Shown here one piece after another: positions 19,251 through 28,562 of a DNA stretch of 64,000 nucleotides. The position numbers were made by a program, and so were the translations under genes. The stretch is taken from assembly GCA_038046245.1 (NCBI GenBank), contig JBBSWO010000003.1, forward strand, positions 118,959-182,958, given 5' to 3'. This stretch comes from Nanobdellota archaeon (GTDB lineage Archaea; Nanobdellota; Nanobdellia; Pacearchaeales; GW2011-AR1). The notes under the pieces were generated by a model. That model saw only the letters and a list, made by a program, of their open reading frames with translations. It was not told where the DNA came from and did no database searches. The stretch's first letter is position 1; the number at the start of each line of letters is the position of its first letter.

Positions 19251-20642
19251 ATGAAAAAGGTGTTGTCTTTAACAGTCTTGTTGTTGATTCTACCGTTTAC
19301 ATTAGCACTAAATCTTCAGATAGAAAAAATAAGCCAAAACGAGGCAATGATTGTCGGAGTTGACAGGCCAGCCACTTTCGATTTTAACCTGACTAACCTT
19401 GGCCCATCAACAAAAATACAGTTTTACAATCTTCTTGGTTTCAGGATGCTTCCATCAGAGACTATAGTGATAGGCGCTTTTGAAAGCAAAATGATAAAAC
19501 TTGAGGTTTCGCCGATAGGAGACTTCAATTTCACAGGACTTTATTCTTTCCCATATTACATAAGAGACGTCAATGACAAGACCGAGATGCAAGAGGCATT
19601 GACATTCAGAAGAGTTGAATTCAGGGATGCATTTGACATTGGTGCCGGAAGCTTTGACCCGGAATCAAGCTCGGTTGACATTTACATACAAAACACACAG
19701 AACTTCAAGTTTGGAAATATTGACGGAAAATTCTCCTCATCTTTCTTCAGTATTGAAAAGACATTCACTCTTGGCCCTTACGAAAGAAAAAACTTCACAA
19801 TTCAGCTAAATAAAGACGAATTCAAACAGCTTCTTGCAGGTTCATACACCTTGAATGCAGACATTACAGCAGAAGGACAAAAGACAAACCTTCAGACTAA
19901 CCTTGAATTCATAGAAAAAGACATAATAAAAACAACAGAGAGCCAATCAGGAGTTATCTTCAGGACAAATGTCATAACAAAGACAAATGCAGGAAATGTC
20001 GTCGCCCCTGAAAATATGGTCATAATAAAAAATGTAATATCAAGACTTTTCACAACATTCAGTCCAGAGCCGGACAAAGCTGAGAGAAGCGGCTTTATAG
20101 TGAAATACAGCTGGTCAAGAGAATTAAATCCAGGCGAATCTTTTCAAGTGACAGTAAGAACAAATTCACTGTTCCCTCTATTATTGATACTTTTGATCAT
20201 TGCAGCAGTCATAATCTCAAAGCAGTACACTTCATCCAACCTTGTAATGAACAAAAAGATAAACTTCGTAAAGGCAAAGGGCGGAGAATTCGCTTTGAAA
20301 GTCTCAGTGGTGCTTAGTGCTAAAAAGCATGTTGACAATATAACAGTAATAGACAGACTTCCTCCTTTAGTAACACTTTATGAAAAGTTCGGCGCTGAAA
20401 AGCCATCAAGAGTGGACACAAAATTAAGAAGGCTTGAATGGAACATAAACAGCCTTGAAGCAGGAGAAAAAAGAGTCATATCATATGTAGTCTTTTCAAA
20501 AGTCGGTATAGTTGGTAAGTTCTCATTGCCTCCAACAACTGCAATATTTGAAAGAAACGGCAAAGCAAGCGAAACAGAATCCAACAGGGCATTCTTCGTT
20601 GCAGAGCCAAGAAACATAAAGGATTATCAAGGCGAATTCTAG
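19251..20642 (+). CDS. Type I membrane protein with a signal peptide, a large extracellular domain, a TM near residue 310 and a cytoplasmic tail. Hypothetical.
   Basis: Signal peptide MKKVLSLTVLLLILPFTLA. TM LFPLLLILLIIAAVII. Confidence 0.55.
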   Translation: MKKVLSLTVLLLILPFTLALNLQIEKISQNEAMIVGVDRPATFDFNLTNLGPSTKIQFYNLLGFRMLPSETIVIGAFESKMIKLEVSPIGDFNFTGLYSFPYYIRDVNDKTEMQEALTFRRVEFRDAFDIGAGSFDPESSSVDIYIQNTQNFKFGNIDGKFSSSFFSIEKTFTLGPYERKNFTIQLNKDEFKQLLAGSYTLNADITAEGQKTNLQTNLEFIEKDIIKTTESQSGVIFRTNVITKTNAGNVVAPENMVIIKNVISRLFTTFSPEPDKAERSGFIVKYSWSRELNPGESFQVTVRTNSLFPLLLILLIIAAVIISKQYTSSNLVMNKKINFVKAKGGEFALKVSVVLSAKKHVDNITVIDRLPPLVTLYEKFGAEKPSRVDTKLRRLEWNINSLEAGEKRVISYVVFSKVGIVGKFSLPPTTAIFERNGKASETESNRAFFVAEPRNIKDYQGEF

Positions 20643-20683
20643 ATAGAAGTAAGTTTTAAAAACTGTGATTTCTCTGAGCTGGA

Positions 20684-21463
20684 ATGGCAATCGAATTACC
20701 AGGATATAGAAATTTAATAGGCAGCGAGATGTTTGAAAAAGTAAAGTCTCCTGGTTCTTCATCAAAAAATAAAACAGAAGTAGCTAGTCTTATAAGATAT
20801 AAGACGCCCACTCCAGATGAGACTCTTAATTTTATTAAAGTAAGTGCTCAAGAATTCTATTCGGAAAGTTCAGGATTAAGGATACAACGAAATCCTGTTC
20901 AACAATACTTTCGTTTATTAGAAAGATCAGATCTTGCAGAGTTGGGAGAAGGAAGAGGGGGTCTTTTTGGGCATCTTAATCACCATATCGATAAATTGGA
21001 TATTGGGAATTATATCACTTTTTGGTGTAGCCTTATCCCAGACAGCAAGCTGGATGAAATAAAAAGAAGAATTAAAAATACAAAGATAGACCACACTGGA
21101 GTTCATCAATTCGCAGAAAAAAAACTGGGAGTATTAGTAAGATTGACTGATGAAGGCCTATTTCCAGATATCTCGGAACTTGAATTTTTGCTTGCTAGAG
21201 GAGTGAAAATTTCTGATCCCTTAAAAATTACCTGCGATTCTGGCAATTACCAAGGCGCAGCTAATAGACTGAGATTAATCTACAACAAATTAAATTCTCC
21301 TGAAACAATAAGCCAAATAAAAGATGAGACTCAAAGTTTCTTGGAAAAAAATGCGCGTGATGCAATCAAAGCAACTGTAGGTTGCGCACTAAAGCATGCA
21401 GTGTATGAAGTGTTTGGATCTGCCAGAGGCAATACAGATAAAACCCCTTTTTCTGAAAACTAA
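20684..21463 (+). CDS. Hypothetical protein (259 aa), non-biased composition
   Basis: ORF only. Confidence 0.45.
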   Translation: MAIELPGYRNLIGSEMFEKVKSPGSSSKNKTEVASLIRYKTPTPDETLNFIKVSAQEFYSESSGLRIQRNPVQQYFRLLERSDLAELGEGRGGLFGHLNHHIDKLDIGNYITFWCSLIPDSKLDEIKRRIKNTKIDHTGVHQFAEKKLGVLVRLTDEGLFPDISELEFLLARGVKISDPLKITCDSGNYQGAANRLRLIYNKLNSPETISQIKDETQSFLEKNARDAIKATVGCALKHAVYEVFGSARGNTDKTPFSEN

Positions 21464-21510
21464 GCAAAAATCACCAAAATCTTTACAAATACCCATTTCT
21501 TACAGATAAG

Positions 21511-21825
21511 ATGTTTTCAATAGACCGGCTTACTGCCGAGCTTGAACAGGACGCAACTTTCTCAAAGGCAATTAAAGGATGGAATTCTCATGGTGTTGTC
21601 TGGGAAATCAGAGGTATTGCATTGGCTCACCCACACTGCAACATGTTTTCTGTCAAGGTAGCCCTTTATCAGCTAAAGAAAAACGATAAAGGTGAAGATG
21701 AAAAAACATCAAAGAGAAGTTTATATTATTGCCAATGTTGCAACAAACTCCGCCCAGGATATTTTGCAGAGATGCGTGAAAGAAGAGAACGTAAAAAGGA
21801 AGGGAAGGGGTATGAACCTGAATAA
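21511..21825 (+). CDS. Small hypothetical protein with a CxxC pair and a basic C-terminus
   Basis: HPHC ... CQCC motifs. Confidence 0.4.
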   Translation: MFSIDRLTAELEQDATFSKAIKGWNSHGVVWEIRGIALAHPHCNMFSVKVALYQLKKNDKGEDEKTSKRSLYYCQCCNKLRPGYFAEMRERRERKKEGKGYEPE

Positions 21826-21901
21826 GATTTAGAAGTTTAATAGTTTCATATTTTTCAAACCAAACACTTTAAAAATCCCTTGACTTTCTTAATTTCAGAA
21901 T

Positions 21902-22043
21902 CCCCTCATAGCTCAGTGGTTAGAGCGCCTGGCTGTAGATTACAAATCTAGGGTGGATATTCCATACGGAAATTAAATGAAACCTGATAAGCCAAGAGTT
22001 CGCAGCACCCGGGAGATCCCCAGTTCGACTCTGGGTGAGGGGA
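21902..22043 (+). tRNA. tRNA-Tyr (GTA) interrupted by an intron of about 69 nt at the canonical 37/38 position (intron approximately 21939-22007)
   Basis: Acceptor CCCCTCA/TGAGGGG with a C1-G72 pair and A73. D-arm GCTC-AGTGGTTA-GAGC. Anticodon loop CTGTAG. The 3' half ccggg-agatc-cccag-TTCGACT-ctggg lies 69 nt away. Confidence 0.75.
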
Positions 22044-22049
22044 TGAAAT

Positions 22050-22111
22050 CCAAAACCACCGCCGTTTCTTTCAGAAACGCCTCGCTTTGCGAGGTTTGCG
22101 GTGGTTTTTGG
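22050..22111 (+). terminator. Structured three-way-junction element with a long outer stem and two internal 6-bp hairpins. It sits immediately 3' of tRNA-Tyr and ends in a T-run. It is a terminator or a small ncRNA.
   Basis: ccaaaaccaccgc/gcggtggtttttgg outer stem. Inner hairpins cgtttc-tttca-gaaacg and cctcgc-ttt-gcgagg. Confidence 0.35.
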
Positions 22112-22162
22112 TATGTTTGATTCTTTCATAACACTTAAAAATAAAGAGAATCAATTTTATGT

Positions 22163-23212
22163 ATGAGTGAAAGTTATATGCAAGAGATTTTTGATGGAAA
22201 AGAATCATTTGATGATGAAGATTTAGATAACTTAAACAAAACGATTAAATCAATGAATTTAATTGAAAATCAATTTAATGAAGCAAAAGCACTTGGAAAT
22301 AAGGATAAAATAACTGATGATGAAAATTTATATGAAGACATACTTATTAAACCAATCATCGCTTTTCTTAATTCCTTTGATGGATTTGGCAATTTATACC
22401 TGGGAATAAGTACTGGTGGCCAAGGTAATCCAAAATTTTTAGACATTCGACCAATAGAGGAAAAATTCATTAAAAATGAAGAATATTTAAGGAATTTAAT
22501 AACTAATAAAATAGGAATAATTCCAAAACCTTACGAGTTCCCAAAAATTGAAATAAAAAAAATTAAATTTCCTTCTGGAAATGTTTTTATAATTAATGTA
22601 TCAAAAACTAGTAATTCCTTAGCTTACTATTCAAAACTTACAAATAAAGTCTACAAAAGAAGCGCAGATCAAAGTTCTTCTCTTAATCTTGTTGAAACAT
22701 TACAACTTATAGAATCAAAAAAGAATCCTCAAGTTCGCCTAAAATGCAAGTTTTTAAGCGTTAATCCAGATCATTCTATTTTTGAAAAAACTAAAGAACA
22801 TGAATATGCCTATGAGTTAGAACTGATTAACGAAGGATTGGAGCCTAGTGAACTTATTACGGGCCTCATTCAAATTTCACCTTGGCCTTTTTCAGAGTAC
22901 GTGCCAAAGATTGAATTTTCTTCACCTTTTATTTCCAAAAGAGATGAATCATTTCCAGAAACGTATCAATTTTGCTATGGTATCCCAAGTCATAGTATGC
23001 CAGTTTATCCAATTATTCCTACTCTTTTTGGAAAATTGACTTTAAAAATAAAACCATCTTTAAACTTTAACTTAAATTTTAAAATTACGATAATGGACAA
23101 AAAAGGGATAACAAAACAATCTTTTTCAATTAAAGAAATTTTTGAAGTAGGAATTTCTACGCCTAATTTTAATCCAGTGGATGAGAAAATTGAATATTCT
23201 CCTTATGTTTAA
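22163..23212 (+). CDS. AlbA_2 / Schlafen-like (divergent AAA-4) putative DNA-binding domain protein
   Basis: N-terminal IKPIIAFLNSFDGFGNLYLGISTGGQG matches the AlbA_2 core (AFANt.GG.l.iGv). The C-terminal 200 aa are unknown. Confidence 0.55.
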   Translation: MSESYMQEIFDGKESFDDEDLDNLNKTIKSMNLIENQFNEAKALGNKDKITDDENLYEDILIKPIIAFLNSFDGFGNLYLGISTGGQGNPKFLDIRPIEEKFIKNEEYLRNLITNKIGIIPKPYEFPKIEIKKIKFPSGNVFIINVSKTSNSLAYYSKLTNKVYKRSADQSSSLNLVETLQLIESKKNPQVRLKCKFLSVNPDHSIFEKTKEHEYAYELELINEGLEPSELITGLIQISPWPFSEYVPKIEFSSPFISKRDESFPETYQFCYGIPSHSMPVYPIIPTLFGKLTLKIKPSLNFNLNFKITIMDKKGITKQSFSIKEIFEVGISTPNFNPVDEKIEYSPYV

Positions 23213-23220
23213 ATCCCCAT

Positions 23221-23508
23221 TCACTTCTTCCCAAAGAAAAGAACTAATGACGAGCAAACCAAAACAAGCCCTATGAGACAAAACTGCACGGCTTGTTTAG
23301 ATTGTATATCACTCAACACTGTATAAACATTGCAGTCAAATGTTGGACCGCCAGTAAACCCAAGCTTCGTGTCAATATAAGCCGGCTTGCAATTTGCTTT
23401 ATTATCATTTATTGTATTTTTACTTTGTTGATTAGTAGTCAATCCAAAAACAAGAAATATTATCCCAAAAACAAAAAGTACAACACCCAACTTCTTCTTC
23501 ATATCCAT
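23221..23508 (-). CDS. Small membrane-anchored protein
   Basis: N-terminal TM, Cys-containing ectodomain. Confidence 0.4.
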   Translation of the reverse strand: MDMKKKLGVVLFVFGIIFLVFGLTTNQQSKNTINDNKANCKPAYIDTKLGFTGGPTFDCNVYTVLSDIQSKQAVQFCLIGLVLVCSSLVLFFGKK

Positions 23509-23547
23509 ACAATACCAAAGAAAATGGAATTTAAAAATCTATCTGAA

Positions 23548-23895
23548 TCAAATCAAATCTAAAGGACGCCTTGATGTGTGATCCTTAAAAAGAAAGTCAG
23601 CATCTATGGCTTCTTGAGGTATTTTATCTAAAACCTGATTATACTTGTATCCTCTGCCATCAACAATAATAGAATCAGGCCAGCCAACAATAGCATGATA
23701 TTTTTTTCTCAAGTCTAAAAGTTCCGGAGTTTGAACATGATCTAAATTCGTTCCTAATTCTGCCAATTCTCTTCCTAATCTGCTTTTCTCATCAGCTTGC
23801 TCCCCATTCAATCTACATCCCTTCAATAAAACCATTCCGATCATAGGAGATACAGGATAATCAAACACTGAATTGATATAAAATTTTTGCGTCAT
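23548..23895 (-). CDS. Hypothetical protein (115 aa)
   Basis: ORF with non-biased composition. Confidence 0.45.
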   Translation of the reverse strand: MTQKFYINSVFDYPVSPMIGMVLLKGCRLNGEQADEKSRLGRELAELGTNLDHVQTPELLDLRKKYHAIVGWPDSIIVDGRGYKYNQVLDKIPQEAIDADFLFKDHTSRRPLDLI

Positions 23896-23936
23896 TTCTA
23901 TCTTTGAACGGATTGCCTTTTAAAGGTTTCTTTATT

Positions 23937-24695
23937 TCACTTCCCAATTATATTCCGAAGTATCGCTTCTTTTTTCATTCCTTTCCTTATCATTCCCTTA
24001 ACAAAATCATATTTTGTCTTTTCAGAAGCAATCTTGATTTCTTCAGGTCTCCATCCCAGAGACACCAACTCTGCTAAAGCAAGTTGTGTATAAGTTTTTG
24101 TCTTGTCAAACTCTCTTCCTGCAAGATAAGAAATTTCGTCCTTTGTAAGTCCGTGTGTAAATCCTCCATAAACAAGTTCTTTTGGAATACTGCGACTAGC
24201 CAACTCAAAAACATCGACTGGAAAGATATTCATGCTCTGAAGTTTCGCGGCTTCATTCAGATTAAAATCATATGTCAGATAAGTTTCTGCTGATGCAAGG
24301 CTATATCCAGATTCCATCCACATCTGATAATTTTCAGCTTTTTTTCTCGGATCATTGTCAGGATTTTCGAGCAAAGACAAATCATAAGTCGTAAGCTCGT
24401 TTCTCCTCGTATCCCCTCCTCGGTTTCTATCAACAATCCTTTTCATGACCTCGGGCGTTCCTCCATTTGCCATAAGTTTTTCAAGCCCCCCTTTAGACTC
24501 AAGATAAAAAGTTGGCACGCCCGCGCTGTAATATTCTCTTGCAAGCCCCACAGAAATGTTATGAAGTGACGCTATCTTTTTCACTTCATTATCTCTAGAT
24601 TCCAAAAGTTCTTTAACTCCAACACATGAAGCAAAGCCAATAATTCCTGCAGCAGCCCATACAACTGGTTTTGTCACAGCCATGAAAATTTTCAA
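23937..24695 (-). CDS. Hypothetical N-terminally anchored protein (252 aa)
   Basis: N-terminal TM (VVWAAAGIIGFASCVGV). Confidence 0.5.
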   Translation of the reverse strand: MKIFMAVTKPVVWAAAGIIGFASCVGVKELLESRDNEVKKIASLHNISVGLAREYYSAGVPTFYLESKGGLEKLMANGGTPEVMKRIVDRNRGGDTRRNELTTYDLSLLENPDNDPRKKAENYQMWMESGYSLASAETYLTYDFNLNEAAKLQSMNIFPVDVFELASRSIPKELVYGGFTHGLTKDEISYLAGREFDKTKTYTQLALAELVSLGWRPEEIKIASEKTKYDFVKGMIRKGMKKEAILRNIIGK

Positions 24696-24768
24696 TTTTC
24701 AATATTTATTAATATTTGTGTGATGTTCTGAAAGTAACCTTTATTAATCCAATTGTCTTTTACCGTTT

Positions 24769-25014
24769 ATGTCAAAAAGAAAGGCGAGAAAAAAATCAAA
24801 AGTTGCATCGCCAAAAAAAGGGGTCGGACATCACGTAAAACTGGCAACGTTTCTTGCTTCAAAACTCATAGTTGCAGTAATATCATTTGCGATAGGAATT
24901 TATGTAGGAAGGCTTTTCGAGACAACATGGGTTGCAATCGTTATAGCGTCGGTGATAGCCGTATTTGTCTATCTTCTTTCAGTTATGCACATGATGAAGT
25001 TGTTCAAAATATAA
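24769..25014 (+). CDS. Small basic two-TM protein upstream of the large Cys-rich protein
   Basis: MSKRKARKKSKVASPKKG, then two TM helices. Confidence 0.45.
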   Translation: MSKRKARKKSKVASPKKGVGHHVKLATFLASKLIVAVISFAIGIYVGRLFETTWVAIVIASVIAVFVYLLSVMHMMKLFKI

Positions 25015-25051
25015 TAATAAACTTTATTAATCGTTTTTCCCTAAGTTAAGC

Positions 25052-28000
25052 ATGGAAAAAAAGGTGTGGGCTCTGTTTGCAGTTATATTAGTTTCCTTGA
25101 CATTAATTTCTTCACTTTCAACACAGGATTTGAAAAAAGAGGCTGAAAAAGCGACATATTACGCAAAAGAATACGAAGCAGGAAATATCAACTATGCCCA
25201 GTTTTCAGTTTACCTTAATTCTGTACAGGAAGATCTCAACACACTTATAAAATCCCAAGATTCTGGTATTGACAACACGGAATTATCAACGTTCTTGGGA
25301 GAGCCAAAAAAAACAACATGGGTCTTGTCAGATGACTTGACGACAGAGGTGCAGGTTGCAAATCCTGTCTCGACATGGGAAGGAAAAATAATTTATGACG
25401 GAAATAAGATACAGATAAGGCTCACAGTATCTCCAATACTATACTTCGGAAAACAAATTGTATACAGCTCAGAACTAGCAACAATATTCAAGGACATTCC
25501 AGCCTCATTTAACCTAAAAGACAGCATTGACGAAGCCAGAAGGTTAGCAAATGTTTTCACTTTGGATTCAAATGTCCAAACCGCAAACGCATTGGCAGAA
25601 TATTCAATAAACACTGAAAAAATCTCAGACTCTTACTTCAAACAAAACTATCGGACATGTCAGGATTTGATGACGGGCCTTTTCGGAGCTGAAAACTTAA
25701 AATCAAGAGAGAATGTAATAGACAAAACGTATGAATTATTGAAAAAAAGTCCCTATGAAATAAAAGCGGACATAGTTCTTTGTGATGACTGTCAAAAAAC
25801 AGAAAAAGAAAACTGGATAAAATTAAGTTTTACAATTGAAAGCGACGGCAGAAAAATAGGATACAACCTTGATCAGGCCATATCTTCAGATCAATTCAAC
25901 ACGCTAAGCATAAATAACATAAAAGCTGAGCTGATCAAGGCCAATGGAAACATAAAACAGCTTCTTGACGGCGGGAATTACAAGTCAGCCTATACAATAA
26001 TGAAAGTGATGGAGATCATGTATGATGTTTGGGACCAAAAAATAAGCGACGAAACCGATGCTAACTTAAAAATCCAGGAATACGCAGATAAAGTTCAGTT
26101 CACAAGTGGATTATTTGATGGCTACAAACTAGTTGCAACGTCTTTCAACAATCAATTGTTATTTGAGAAAGTCTTGTACAGAGAATATGAATCAAACGGA
26201 ACAGAGATTTGCACAAACAAGATAGATGATAACAGCAATAACAAGACCGATTGCCAAGATGCTTTATGCACGGGCCAAGTATGTGGTTCTAGAATAATAA
26301 ACGTCACCGAAGGAAATGTCACATTCCAAAAAACAATAGAATCTTACTGTACTTCAGGAGTGTGCCAAGAAAAAGCTCAGAATCAAAGTATATGCGGAAA
26401 CAATATATGCGAAGCTGGAGAAAATGTCTCATGCTTTAAAGATTGCTCACCTAAAGCTTCATTCGAATGCCCAACTTATGCTCCAATCCAATGCAATGGA
26501 AAAGTCATATCCAAAGGTCAGGATACAAACGGTTGTTCTCTCCCACCAATATGCCTCACAAATGACGTTTCGTGCACATCCGATTCACAATGTGGACAGC
26601 CTTTATGCGGGAAAGCGCAATGTATCGAAGGAGCATGTAAGGTTACGCAAATAGGCCAATGCACCCAAGCCCAATGTTCTGATGGTGATGAAAAAACTAT
26701 AGCATGTTCAGCAGGAGAAATAATCACTCAAGAAGTATGTGTCAATGGTGTCTGGAAAAGCACAGGCCAAACTTGTAAAACTGAAATTATCAAGACTCCT
26801 ACAGAAGGAACTATTGTTAAAGGTACATCCAAACCATTATGTGGGGCGAAAGAAGATTGTTTGGCTAACCAAGTCTGTGATTTGGGTGTATGCACCGACA
26901 TTGTCCAGAACACTTACACAGGAACCACTACAACAACTCCTGTAAAATATTCTGGTACGACATTCACAGGAAATGTTATACAGATTACAGGAGAGCCAAT
27001 AACAATAAATGGGATAACCGGAATTGTAGGGGAACAATACCCAACCTCACAGGATATAAACCCAAGCACAGCTCCACAAAGAAAATATAACAACCAGGAA
27101 ACATATTCTGCAATAACAGGAGTAGTAGAAAACCTCCCAAACGAAGCAACTCAAGTTGCCGCACAGCCAAAAGAGATTTTACAGGCGCAATTGTTCAACG
27201 GTCCTTCAGTTTCAACAAGTCCTCAAGGAGTTAAAGAAGAATTTTCAGCTATAGGGGTCTGCAAAGAAGACAGAGAAAAAACCGAAGCCCAATTTTATTT
27301 CACAGGAAGTGGAGATAAATTCGGAGGGGTCTCAAACCTGATGGACAAATACAGGGAAAGCGGGATAGAATGGTGTGACAGCAGATTAAAAATACTTCTC
27401 GACCAAAGAGCAGAGTTGACAAAAAGTTTCAATTCAGATTTTGCATCATGGTTTTTTGAGACATATCTTCCAAACAATGCAAACAACTGGGAAAGTAAAA
27501 GAAAAGCGATTGATGACTTGTACCTAAATATCGTAGACAATCAAGTCCAGATTGCAAGGATGATGAATTGTTTGAGCCTTAAACAGCTTTCAAGCTATGA
27601 ATTGATATCGTTAGACTACGCAACAACTTACGGTGAATTAAAATATTCAGAAAAAATAGAGCCAGCATCGTTGCCAGGACTAAGCAAGGAAGTTACGATA
27701 ATCTCTCCATCAATGCAAGCCTCAATATTCCTGGATAAAGACTTTATAAAAAAAGAACTGACAGCAGCAATGAATGCACATAGCTTTCCAGGCTCGGAAG
27801 AAACAGGAATTGACAGAAAAATAAACAAAGGATTGACAACAGCAGAACTAAACGCATTCAAATCAGATGAAAGCCTGAAATCTCTCATAAGAGACATAAC
27901 TGCAAACTACAAAGACAATTATTTGGATGCTCAGGTGACTTTTGTTGACAACATCAATGGCAAAGAAGAAGTGGTCTACAATATCTATGTCAAGATCAAT

Positions 28001-28312
28001 GAAGATAACATGTTCATTCAGTCAATGCCTATGGATGAAACACCTCCAGTAGACACAAAAATAGTCGTAGACTACAATGATCTTTACAATCTTATAGCAG
28101 CGTCGGAAGAGAATCTGAAAGAGACTTCAACATTAAATCCTCCTTGGAAACAGGGTAGGTTTAACGTTGCTGAAATAATAAATCTTGCAAGCAATTGGGT
28201 AAAGACTCAATTAAGAATGAATGAACTTACAAACACGCTGCAAGTAAAGCCGGACAACAGTAATGTAAAGGATTTGTTCAAAAAAGTATTTTTCTTGATG
28301 GCTGAAAATTAA
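25052..28312 (+). CDS. Large secreted protein (1086 aa) with EGF-like Cys-rich repeats, a Thr-rich linker and a C-terminal globular region
   Basis: Signal peptide. Dense CxxxxC repeats at residues 390-600. A TGTTTTTP linker. Confidence 0.8.
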   Translation: MEKKVWALFAVILVSLTLISSLSTQDLKKEAEKATYYAKEYEAGNINYAQFSVYLNSVQEDLNTLIKSQDSGIDNTELSTFLGEPKKTTWVLSDDLTTEVQVANPVSTWEGKIIYDGNKIQIRLTVSPILYFGKQIVYSSELATIFKDIPASFNLKDSIDEARRLANVFTLDSNVQTANALAEYSINTEKISDSYFKQNYRTCQDLMTGLFGAENLKSRENVIDKTYELLKKSPYEIKADIVLCDDCQKTEKENWIKLSFTIESDGRKIGYNLDQAISSDQFNTLSINNIKAELIKANGNIKQLLDGGNYKSAYTIMKVMEIMYDVWDQKISDETDANLKIQEYADKVQFTSGLFDGYKLVATSFNNQLLFEKVLYREYESNGTEICTNKIDDNSNNKTDCQDALCTGQVCGSRIINVTEGNVTFQKTIESYCTSGVCQEKAQNQSICGNNICEAGENVSCFKDCSPKASFECPTYAPIQCNGKVISKGQDTNGCSLPPICLTNDVSCTSDSQCGQPLCGKAQCIEGACKVTQIGQCTQAQCSDGDEKTIACSAGEIITQEVCVNGVWKSTGQTCKTEIIKTPTEGTIVKGTSKPLCGAKEDCLANQVCDLGVCTDIVQNTYTGTTTTTPVKYSGTTFTGNVIQITGEPITINGITGIVGEQYPTSQDINPSTAPQRKYNNQETYSAITGVVENLPNEATQVAAQPKEILQAQLFNGPSVSTSPQGVKEEFSAIGVCKEDREKTEAQFYFTGSGDKFGGVSNLMDKYRESGIEWCDSRLKILLDQRAELTKSFNSDFASWFFETYLPNNANNWESKRKAIDDLYLNIVDNQVQIARMMNCLSLKQLSSYELISLDYATTYGELKYSEKIEPASLPGLSKEVTIISPSMQASIFLDKDFIKKELTAAMNAHSFPGSEETGIDRKINKGLTTAELNAFKSDESLKSLIRDITANYKDNYLDAQVTFVDNINGKEEVVYNIYVKINEDNMFIQSMPMDETPPVDTKIVVDYNDLYNLIAASEENLKETSTLNPPWKQGRFNVAEIINLASNWVKTQLRMNELTNTLQVKPDNSNVKDLFKKVFFLMAEN

Positions 28313-28427
28313 TTTTACCGAATATAAAAAGAAAAATCATTATAGAAATATTTAAATAGCTGATGTTTTTTGTAGAACTGTAAAAAAACGAGGTAAATTG
28401 GAACAAAGTTCCAATGTGTTTTAGACA

Positions 28428-28544
28428 ATGGTTAAAAACCTAAAAAAAGAATCAGCCTCTAACAACGAGCAAGAAAGATTTGGGTCTTTCATTGATGAAG
28501 ATGTAGGTGAAGACGACTTTGATCTAGATTTGCTTGACGACTAA
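28428..28544 (+). CDS. Unannotated small acidic ORF (38 aa, ...EDVGEDDFDLDLLDD)
   Basis: Manual translation. Preceded by the palindrome ttggaac-aaa-gttccaa (28398-28414). Confidence 0.3.
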   Translation: MVKNLKKESASNNEQERFGSFIDEDVGEDDFDLDLLDD

Positions 28545-28562
28545 TTATTAACTAATTCTTTT

